From positions 1 through 21,854 of the forward strand of contig JAYZQJ010000030.1 of the NCBI GenBank assembly GCA_036149055.1: a stretch of DNA of 21,854 nucleotides. Reading direction: 5' to 3'. The notes beneath the pieces were generated by a model, which made no database searches, was not told the DNA's origin, and was given only the letters and a program-made list of their open reading frames with translations. Position 1 is the first letter of the stretch; each line of letters starts with the position of its first letter. Origin of the DNA: Myxococcota bacterium. GTDB taxonomy: Bacteria > Myxococcota_A > Polyangia > Polyangiales > Sandaracinaceae. Below, in pieces: positions 1-6,989 of the stretch. The position numbers and the translations under genes were made by a program.

Positions 1-9
1 CGAGCGCGA

Positions 10-139
10 GCCGCGGGGCCCCCAGCGCCCCGTCGCTGGGGTCGCGGCGCGAGCGCGCAGCGCGAGGCGCCGGCGGAGTCGGGAGGGGGGCCCCATTGGC
101 GCTTTGCCCAATGGGGGGAGGGTTTGCCCCAAACCCTCC
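10..139. repeat. Cluster of three GC-rich hairpins (REP/BIME-like extragenic palindromes), possibly truncated by the window start
   Basis: Stems read directly: CCCCAGCG(20-27)/CGCTGGGG(34-41) with outer GCCGCG(10-15)/CGCGGC(43-48); CCCCATTGG(91-99)/CCAATGGGG(108-116); GGAGGGTTTG(117-126)/CAAACCCTCC(130-139). Lies just downstream of the minus-strand gene ending at 147, with no U-tract. Confidence 0.6.
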
Positions 140-146
140 AAGAAAC

Positions 147-1715
147 TCAGCGAGCGATCGGACGCCCGCCCAGAGTCTCGAAGAGGACCTCGAGGCGGTA
201 GGCCGCGCGGTTGCCCCGGCCCGCGTCCCGGACGCGGAGCACGTACACGCCGGGCTGCACGAGGTGGGAGAGCCGCTCGTCCGGCCCGGTGAGGCTCGAG
301 ACCGCGATCGGATCCGCGTCGTGGTCGAGCAGCTGCAGATCGAGGTCGCTCCGCTCCTGCGGCGACCCCGTGCCGTCGATGGTCAGCCGCGCCACGATCA
401 TGCCGGGCTCGGTCACGTCGATCAGGAAGCTGTGGATGGCGTCGAAGCCGGAGATCGCGATGTTCCCGCCGCCCGAGGGCGCGGGCTGGGAGATCCCGTC
501 GATGGTCCCCTCGATCACGTCGCCGAACGCCACCGGGCGCGGCCACGGCAGCGGGCCCTCCGGCAGCAGCTCCGCGGTGGGCTCGCCGGTGCGGGTCAGC
601 ATCGCGGCCAGCGCCTCCCGGGTCACGATCTCCTCGCTCACCAGGAACCGCAGGAAGCTGACGAGCGACGGGAACACGCCCGGCTCCTCGGCGTGGGCGG
701 CCATCGCGCGCAGGATCACCGCGGGCCCGAGCGCGACGCCGTCCCCGTCCGCGTCCGGCAGGACGCCGTCGCCGTCCGAGAGGTCCCAGAGGATCTTCGA
801 GACGCTCGTCTCGGAGCCATAGCCCGCGACCTCGTCCTCCTCGGACTCCAGCTCCGCGTCCACCCGGAGCCGGCCCCACGGCTCGACCCCGATGGTGTCC
901 TGGTAGAGCGGCGCGCCGAGCACCGCGAGCGCGAACCAGGTGGCGCGGCCCTCCTCCCAGGCGAGGCCGGGATCGACGCGAACCCCCCGCGGGTGCGTGC
1001 CCCCGGTGGACGAGTCGCTCGAGAGCCGGTCCATCACGAAGTGGCCGAGCTCGTGGAGGATGATGGCCTCGTCGTGCTCGTCGGTGTCGGAGATGGAGGC
1101 CTGCCCGGGGTCCCCGCCCAGCAGCTCGAGCGCGAAGCGGCCGGAGCCGGCGGGGCGCTCCCCGCGATAGAAGCTCCACTCCCGGGTCCCGCCGCGCACC
1201 CAGTAGGCGAACACCGGCGGGAGCGTCACCTCGGTCCAGCCCTGCACCGCGTCCAGCCCGCGCAGCATCGTGTCGACCACGTGGAAGGCGCCGGCCTCGC
1301 CGTCCTGGTCGCGCGCGTGGATCGCGAGCGCTCCGTCCCCTTCGATCGGCGCGTCGAGCGCGTGGGTCTCGGCGCCGTTGGCGTCGCGGGCGATGGCGGC
1401 GTCGTGGCCCCGGACCCGCACCCGGGCGAAGACGCGCACCGTCGTGGCCTCCCCCGGCGCGTCGAGCGCGAACCGGCCGTCGGCGTCGGTCCGGCCCTCG
1501 GCGAGCACGCGGCCGCCGGCGTCGAGGACCGCGAGATCGACGTGGCGCGCGGGGCGCACCTCGATCGCCTCGGACGCGCCGCGCGGGGTCGGGTGCCGGG
1601 CGTCGTACGTCACCCGCCCCTCCAGCGCGGTGGTCTCGCCGGCTCCCCGCGGGCCCCGGGGGGCGCCGCCGCAGGCGACCAGCAGGAGGGCGACGAGCAG
1701 GGCGCGCATGGTCAT
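147..1715 (-). CDS. Lipoprotein, putative zinc metallopeptidase (HExxH) with a C-terminal PPC-like (pre-peptidase C-terminal) domain
   Basis: Lipobox-type signal MRALLVALLLVA-C. Beta-rich carboxypeptidase-regulatory-like segment (GRTDADGRFAL). Zn motif ILHELGH with downstream WEEG. C-terminal SDLDLQLLD...PGVYVLRV is typical of PPC domains. Start overlaps the upstream stop (ATGA, 1712-1715). Confidence 0.8.
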   Translation of the reverse strand: MTMRALLVALLLVACGGAPRGPRGAGETTALEGRVTYDARHPTPRGASEAIEVRPARHVDLAVLDAGGRVLAEGRTDADGRFALDAPGEATTVRVFARVRVRGHDAAIARDANGAETHALDAPIEGDGALAIHARDQDGEAGAFHVVDTMLRGLDAVQGWTEVTLPPVFAYWVRGGTREWSFYRGERPAGSGRFALELLGGDPGQASISDTDEHDEAIILHELGHFVMDRLSSDSSTGGTHPRGVRVDPGLAWEEGRATWFALAVLGAPLYQDTIGVEPWGRLRVDAELESEEDEVAGYGSETSVSKILWDLSDGDGVLPDADGDGVALGPAVILRAMAAHAEEPGVFPSLVSFLRFLVSEEIVTREALAAMLTRTGEPTAELLPEGPLPWPRPVAFGDVIEGTIDGISQPAPSGGGNIAISGFDAIHSFLIDVTEPGMIVARLTIDGTGSPQERSDLDLQLLDHDADPIAVSSLTGPDERLSHLVQPGVYVLRVRDAGRGNRAAYRLEVLFETLGGRPIAR

Positions 1716-2350
1716 CCGAAGGGTAGCGGCCGCTGCGGCAGCGCCTCCACGATGCGGCCCACCAGCGCCTCGAGGTCGTCCTCGCGGTTGAGGAAGTCGT
1801 GCTCCTCGGCCTGCACCACGAGCTTCGGGCCTCGCTCGTACGACTCGAACCAGGCGTCGTAGCGCTGCCCCAGGTCCGCGAGATAGTCGGCCGGGATCGA
1901 CGCCTCGTAGTCGCGACCCCGCCGGGCGATGTTGCCGCGACAGCTCTCGGGCGAGCGACGCAGGTAGACGAGCAGGTCCGGCGCGTCGAGCCCGTCGAGC
2001 AGCTGCTCGGCGATCAGCCGGTACGTCTCCCAGTCCCGCGCGTCCATGTCACCGCGCTGGTGCAGGTTGCGCGCGAAGATCTCCGCGTCTTCGTAGCAGG
2101 TCCGATCCTGGATGGTGCCGATGCCGCGGGCGATCCGATCGCGCGTCTGCGCGACCCGGAGCCCGAGGAAGCGCAGCTGGAGCGCCATCGCCCAGCGGGG
2201 CATGTCCCCATAGAAATCGGCCAGATAGGGGTTGTCCGCCGTGTCCTCGTAGAGCCCGCTCAGGTCGAGCCGGGCCACGAGGCGGCGGGTGAGAGTGGTC
2301 TTGCCCGAGCCGATGTTGCCCGCGACCGCCAGGAACACGCGTCCCGTCAC
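1712..2350 (-). CDS. Deoxynucleoside kinase (dAK/dGK/dCK family)
   Basis: P-loop AGNIGSGKTT; NPYLADFYGD; QDRTCYED (DRS-like) motif; PDLLVYL; RRGRDYE lid. GTG at 2350 is preferred to the ORF-track start at 2380. Confidence 0.9.
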   Translation of the reverse strand: MTGRVFLAVAGNIGSGKTTLTRRLVARLDLSGLYEDTADNPYLADFYGDMPRWAMALQLRFLGLRVAQTRDRIARGIGTIQDRTCYEDAEIFARNLHQRGDMDARDWETYRLIAEQLLDGLDAPDLLVYLRRSPESCRGNIARRGRDYEASIPADYLADLGQRYDAWFESYERGPKLVVQAEEHDFLNREDDLEALVGRIVEALPQRPLPFG

Positions 2351-2541
2351 GATCGCGGACCCTACCACGGCGAGGTGCACGAGACCTGCACAACGTCGAC
2401 CGGCTCAAGCGGCCGAGATCACGCCGGAATCGGCGATTTCCCCGATTCGGGGACGTAATTTCGCGCCTTTGCGGGTCAACTCGTCGTTGACGGAGGCGGC
2501 GTCACTTTTTAGCCTCTAGGTGCGAGCGGGGTACAGCCCAC

Positions 2542-3426
2542 GTGCAAGACTCCGATATCAAGACGCGCGTCACCCCTCTGGATGAGCTCCGGCCCCAGAG
2601 AAGCGGGCAGGATTGTCTGGTCGTCATCTACTCGAACGACCAGCGCCAGTTCGGCAAGCGCTACGTGCTCGGCGACGAGCCGCTGACCGTCGGACGCGGG
2701 CAGGAGAACCGCCTCGTGCTCGACAACGACAGCGTCTCGCGGCGGCACTGCCGGGTCGAGAAGCGCAATCAGAACTGGTACGTCGTCGACCTCGACTCGA
2801 CGAACGGCACCTACGTCAACGACGAGCAGGTGACGGAATACCCGCTGCGGCGCGCCGACCAGATCAAGATCGGCGACACGATCGTGAAGTTCCTCTCCGG
2901 TACGGACCTCGAGGCCCAGTACCACGAGACGATCTACAACATGACGATCGTGGACGGGCTCACCCAGATCCACAACAAGCGCTATCTCATGGAGACGCTC
3001 GAGCGCGAGATCCCGCGCGCCCGTCGCCACCAGCGCCCGCTCTCGGTGGTCATGTTCGACATCGACCACTTCAAGCACATCAACGACAACTACGGCCACC
3101 TCGCCGGCGACTACGTGCTCAAGGAGCTGGCCAGCCTGGTGAAGAGCCGGCTGCGCCCCGACGACGTGCTCGGGCGATACGGCGGCGAGGAGTTCGCGGC
3201 CGCCCTCCCCGAGACCTCGCTCGCTGGGGGCGCCTCGATCGCCGAGGACCTGCGCCGCCGCATCGAGGAGCGCGCCTTCGTGTTCGAGGGCGAGACCATC
3301 CCGGTGACCGTGAGCCTCGGCTGCGCGGAGCTGACCGGCGAGATGGACGTGCTCGGCCTGATCAAGGCCGCGGACGAGAAGCTCTACGAAGCGAAGCGCG
3401 GCGGCCGCAACCGCGTCGCCTGCTAA
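2542..3426 (+). CDS. FHA-domain diguanylate cyclase (FHA-GGDEF, Bdellovibrio DgcB-like architecture)
   Basis: FHA motifs VGR...SVSRRH...DLDSTNGTYVN; DGLTQIHN; DIDHFKHINDNYGHLAGD; intact I-site RPDD five residues before the active site GGEEF. Confidence 0.95.
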   Translation: MQDSDIKTRVTPLDELRPQRSGQDCLVVIYSNDQRQFGKRYVLGDEPLTVGRGQENRLVLDNDSVSRRHCRVEKRNQNWYVVDLDSTNGTYVNDEQVTEYPLRRADQIKIGDTIVKFLSGTDLEAQYHETIYNMTIVDGLTQIHNKRYLMETLEREIPRARRHQRPLSVVMFDIDHFKHINDNYGHLAGDYVLKELASLVKSRLRPDDVLGRYGGEEFAAALPETSLAGGASIAEDLRRRIEERAFVFEGETIPVTVSLGCAELTGEMDVLGLIKAADEKLYEAKRGGRNRVAC

Positions 3427-3590
3427 GAGCGGCAATCAGTTTGAAACCACCGGCGCTGCGGGGCGGGACCGCGGCCAGGCGCGCCCGGTCGCTCCTCGGC
3501 GATGCCCTAGCATCGCCTCGTCCCGCCCGAGCACGCCTGACCGCCCTCGCGCTCCCGTATCCCTCGGCTCTCCAAACTGATCGCCGCTCT
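3426..3590. mobile_element. 165-bp MITE-like fold-back element with 18-bp terminal inverted repeats and TA target duplication
   Basis: Left TIR AGAGCGGCAATCAGTTTG (3426-3443) versus reverse complement of 3573-3590 AGAGCGGCGATCAGTTTG (17/18). TA flanks at 3424-3425 and 3591-3592. Internal inverted repeats share the same axis (~3508). Confidence 0.75.
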
Positions 3591-3814
3591 TAGCGACTCG
3601 GCGGCGATCGCGCCAGCTCGACCCGCGACCGCCTGTCGCGGCAGTGGCTACCTGCCTCGCCGGGGGTGAAAGGCGCAGTTTGCAGTCCTGAAACCCGGGC
3701 GCCCTCGTCTCGACCCGAGATTCGCCGCAAGAGCGCCATCATTTCAGGCGGTTAGCAGCCAAAACGAGCCTCTGCGCGACGTCACCGAACCGGAGTATTT
3801 TGTCCCTCGAGAAG

Positions 3815-3830
3815 TGGCACGTCGCTCGCA
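3815..3830 (+). promoter_or_regulatory. Putative sigma-54 (-24/-12) promoter upstream of the PP2C gene
   Basis: TGGCACGtcgcTCGCA matches TGGCACG-N4-TTGCW with exact GG-N10-GC spacing and one mismatch; it ends 14 bp before ATG 3845. Confidence 0.5.
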
Positions 3831-3844
3831 AGGGTGTGGACGAC

Positions 3845-4576
3845 ATGCGCATCGAGCATCACGGTCGCAGCGACACGGGCCGCCGGGACAACAACGAGGA
3901 CGCCTTCGTGGCGCTCCCCGAGCACGGCCTCTACGCGGTGGCCGACGGGATGGGCGGCTACGAGGGCGGAGAGGTCGCCAGCAAGCTCGCGCTCGCCAGC
4001 CTGCAGACCTACTTCGAGCTCCTCGGCCAGGGCGGCCTCGGCCTCGACGAGTCCGAAGACGTCGCCCTCGAGCGCATGGGCCTCGCGGTCCGCATCGCCG
4101 ACCGGGAGGTCACCCGCCGCGCGGTCGGGACGTTGTCCAAGATGGGCACCACCCTCGCCTGCGTCGCGGTGCAGGGCTCACGCGCGATCCTGGCCCACGT
4201 CGGCGACAGCCGCGTCTACCGCCTCCGCGACGGCGAGGTCGAGCGGCTCACCCGCGATCACTCCCTCGTCGCCGAGATGGAGGCGGCCGGGCTGACCAGC
4301 GCGTCGCAGCGCGGCATGCCCTTCTCGAACATCATCACCCAGGCCCTCGGCCAGGGCCCGGACGCCAAGCCCGACCTCCGGGTCGAGGAGCTCATGCCCG
4401 GTGACCGCCTCCTGCTCTGCACCGACGGCGTGACCGACGCCCTCGACGACGAGGCCATCGGCTGGGCCCTCACCTCCAACGCCGATCCCGCCGACGCCGT
4501 CGTCGACGCCTCGTACATGGCGGGCAGCGCCGACAACATCACCGCGCTCGTCCTCACCGTTCCCTACCGCAGCTGA
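3845..4576 (+). CDS. PP2C-family Ser/Thr protein phosphatase (PrpC/Stp1-like)
   Basis: Motifs SDTGRRDNNEDA, AVADGMGG, MGTT, HVGDSRVY, LTRDHS, ITQALG, LLCTDG, DNIT. ATG at 3845 is preferred over TTG at 3800. Confidence 0.95.
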   Translation: MRIEHHGRSDTGRRDNNEDAFVALPEHGLYAVADGMGGYEGGEVASKLALASLQTYFELLGQGGLGLDESEDVALERMGLAVRIADREVTRRAVGTLSKMGTTLACVAVQGSRAILAHVGDSRVYRLRDGEVERLTRDHSLVAEMEAAGLTSASQRGMPFSNIITQALGQGPDAKPDLRVEELMPGDRLLLCTDGVTDALDDEAIGWALTSNADPADAVVDASYMAGSADNITALVLTVPYRS

Positions 4577-4650
4577 TCTCCCGCCTCCCTCCTCCGTCCT
4601 CCCCACTCGCCGCCTCCCGCCTCGCGGAAGCCTCGGACAGCCCCGGGCTC

Positions 4651-4919
4651 ACTCGCGGGAAGGGAGGAAGGTAGGAAGCGAGGAGCGGAGCAGATGGGGC
4701 ACGTCGGGGCAGCTCGCCGTGGCTCGGCCGGCTGCCTCCGCCTCGGCCGCTGTGGCCGGGAAGCGGGAGCCGGGAGACGAGAGGCGAGGAGGAGTCAGCC
4801 GAGCGGCGGCGGGATGGGCGCTCGCCGCCGGTGGCCGGGTCGGGTCGGGCCCACCGGCTCGCCCCGCCACCTTTCCTCTTCTTCTTCCTCCCTTCCTACC
4901 TTCCTCGTTTCCCCCGAGT
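4651..4919. mobile_element. Non-coding ~270-bp element bounded by 34-bp purine-rich inverted repeats (MITE/REPIN-like) between convergent genes
   Basis: 4651-4684 ACTCGCGGGAAGGGAGGAAGGTAGGAAGCGAGGA versus reverse complement of 4886-4919 ACTCGGGGGAAACGAGGAAGGTAGGAAGGGAGGA (30/34). No credible ORF inside. Confidence 0.55.
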
Positions 4920-4939
4920 CCGGAGGAAGGAGGCTGGCG

Positions 4940-6904
4940 TCAGGGAGCAGGGATCTGCTCACTCGGATCGTCGGGGGGAACCGGAGCGGGTTCCTCGCTT
5001 CCATCCTCGCGGGGGCCGAGCTCGGGGCCGGTGCGCTCGGCGGTGGCCTCTCCGCCGGGCTCGAGGGCGTCGCCTTCGAGGGCGTCCGGCCGGTACTCGC
5101 GGGGGACGCGGTCGGGCTCGACGTAGAGGACGAGCTCGTCGCCCGGGTGGATGGTGGAGCTCTGGGCGATCTGGTTGATGCGCGCGATCGACGCGACGCG
5201 GAGGCCGAAGCGCTGCGCGATGTGGCCGAGGGTGTCGCCGGGGCGCACGCGGTAGCGGAAGCGGGTCCGGCCGTTCTGGTCCTCGTGGTAGGCGAAGAAC
5301 TCCTCGCTGCCGATCACGAGCACGCGCGCCTCGTCCGGGGTGATGACCACCGCTCGGGTGAGGTCGACCTCGCGGGGCACGAAGAGCTGGAGGAACATGC
5401 CGCTCTGGAGCGAGGCGTTCGGATCGATCGCATTCCACTGCCGGATCTCGTCCGGGCGCACCCGGAAGAAGCGCGCGACCTCGGCGAGCTCGTCGCCCCG
5501 GGTGACCCGGTAGAAGACCCGCGCCCGCCCCTCGATGGCCCGCGGTCCGTCGGGGACGGCGATGACCGGGGGCTCGCTCGGCTCGGCGCGGCCGCGGCGG
5601 CGGCCCTCGGGCACGAGCAGCGTGGTCCCCGCGCCGACGCGCTCCCCCTCCTCGACGCCGTTGAGCTCGCGGATGGCGTCCTCGGTGGTGCCGTGCGCGC
5701 GGGCGAGGTCGGCGAGGGTCTCCCCGAAGCGCAGGACCTGCGGGCGATGCACCGGGTGGCTCGGGCGCACGCGCGCCCACTGGCGGGCGAAGCGCTCGCC
5801 CGAGCCCTGCGGGATGCGCACCGCGAACGAGTCGCGGCCCGGCGGCGTGCGCCCGCGGCGGAGCGCCGGGTTGAGCTGGCGAACGGTCTGCGCATCGGCG
5901 CCGGCGGCCCGCGCGACGACCCCGAGCGACACCCCGCCCGGCACCTCGACCGTCTCCCAGCGGATCGGCTCCTCGAGCTCGAGCTCGCCGAGCCCGAAGC
6001 GCTCGCGGTTGTGGGCGACGATCGCGCAGGCGACGATCTTGGCCACGTAGAGGTTGGTCTCGAAGGGCAGCCCCGCCTCGAGGTGGGCGAGCTCCCAGTA
6101 GTCGTTGCTGTTGTACTTCCGGATGCTCCGCAGCATCGCGCCGTAGCCCATGTTGTAGGCCGCGAAGGCGAGCTCCCAGGTGCCGAAGCGATCGTGCAGC
6201 ATCGAGAGGTAGCGGCCGGCCGCGACCGTCGAGCGCTCCGGATCGAGGCGGAGATCCGCCCAGTGATCGATGGTGAGCCCGAGCTCCTCACCGGTGCGGG
6301 GCACGAACTGCCACATGCCGGCGGCGCCGGCGTGGGAGCGCGCGGTGGGATCGAAGCCGCTCTCGACCATCGCCACGAAGATCAGGTCGCGGGGCAGGCC
6401 CTGCTCCCGGAGCACGCGCCGGATCATCGGGCCGTAGCGGTCGACCCGCCGCAGCCAGGCGCGGATGAAGGATTGGCCCCGGGGATCGTTGCGGAAGTAC
6501 TCCAGGTAGCGGATCACCCGCTCGTCCCAGCGGACCGGGATGTCCGGCAGCGTCAGGCCGCGCAGCCAGCTCAGGTCGCGGCTCGCCTGGGGCGGCTCGG
6601 GGGCACGCCGCGGGGTGTCGGTCGTGACGGCGGCCGGGCCGTCCGAGACCCGCACCGCGCCGGCGGCGTCGGGCGCCTCGGTCAGCGGCTGCCCCCCGAA
6701 GAGCTCCTGCTCCGCCAGCCTCAGGGCCCGGAGCTCGGGCGACTCGTCCCCGTCGACCAGCCCCACGAGCCCGTCGTCCTCCGCCTCCTGCGCGAGCGCG
6801 GGCGCCACCCAGAGGGCGAGCGCGGCGACGACCGCCGCGGCGGACGCGCCACGGGACAGTGCACCCGGGGACTGTGCACCCGGGGACGGTGCACCAGGGG
6901 ACAT
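4940..6904 (-). CDS. MltD-like lytic murein transglycosylase (SLT domain plus about 4 LysM repeats)
   Basis: SLT motifs VAMVESGF (catalytic Glu), AAGMWQF, AAYNMG. LysM repeats GETLADLARAHG, YRVTRGDELAEVARFF, YRVRPGDTLGHIAQRFG, plus one degenerate copy. Signal peptide ends ALA-Q. Start is uncertain: ATG 6904 chosen over ORF-track 6991. Confidence 0.9.
   Translation of the reverse strand: MSPGAPSPGAQSPGALSRGASAAAVVAALALWVAPALAQEAEDDGLVGLVDGDESPELRALRLAEQELFGGQPLTEAPDAAGAVRVSDGPAAVTTDTPRRAPEPPQASRDLSWLRGLTLPDIPVRWDERVIRYLEYFRNDPRGQSFIRAWLRRVDRYGPMIRRVLREQGLPRDLIFVAMVESGFDPTARSHAGAAGMWQFVPRTGEELGLTIDHWADLRLDPERSTVAAGRYLSMLHDRFGTWELAFAAYNMGYGAMLRSIRKYNSNDYWELAHLEAGLPFETNLYVAKIVACAIVAHNRERFGLGELELEEPIRWETVEVPGGVSLGVVARAAGADAQTVRQLNPALRRGRTPPGRDSFAVRIPQGSGERFARQWARVRPSHPVHRPQVLRFGETLADLARAHGTTEDAIRELNGVEEGERVGAGTTLLVPEGRRRGRAEPSEPPVIAVPDGPRAIEGRARVFYRVTRGDELAEVARFFRVRPDEIRQWNAIDPNASLQSGMFLQLFVPREVDLTRAVVITPDEARVLVIGSEEFFAYHEDQNGRTRFRYRVRPGDTLGHIAQRFGLRVASIARINQIAQSSTIHPGDELVLYVEPDRVPREYRPDALEGDALEPGGEATAERTGPELGPREDGSEEPAPVPPDDPSEQIPAP
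6852..6902. repeat. Imperfect 15-bp tandem repeat (about 3 copies) encoding SPGAx in the transglycosylase N-terminus
   Basis: GGGACAGTGCACCC-GGGGACTGTGCACCC-GGGGACGGTGCACCA-GGGGAC; translates on the minus strand as MSPGAPSPGAQSPGALS. Confidence 0.75.
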
Positions 6905-6989
6905 GGACGCGAAGCTATCGCGGCGTCTGCTCCGCCGCCAGAAAGCCGAACGAACCCATCCGGCGTCAAAAATAGTACAGTCGTGACCC

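Noticed and set aside
117..139. Intrinsic terminator for the protease gene
   Set aside because: The hairpin is strong but no U-tract follows it on the minus strand; it is treated as part of the REP-like cluster.
2381..2541. c-di-GMP riboswitch or other ncRNA upstream of the cyclase
   Set aside because: Only a short GAATCGG/CCGATTC hairpin is visible and I recognise no riboswitch consensus; an Rfam/Infernal scan would be needed.
2613..3593. 326-aa ORF reading through the MITE
   Set aside because: It is an off-frame Arg/Pro-rich shadow of the cyclase with no transposase motifs.
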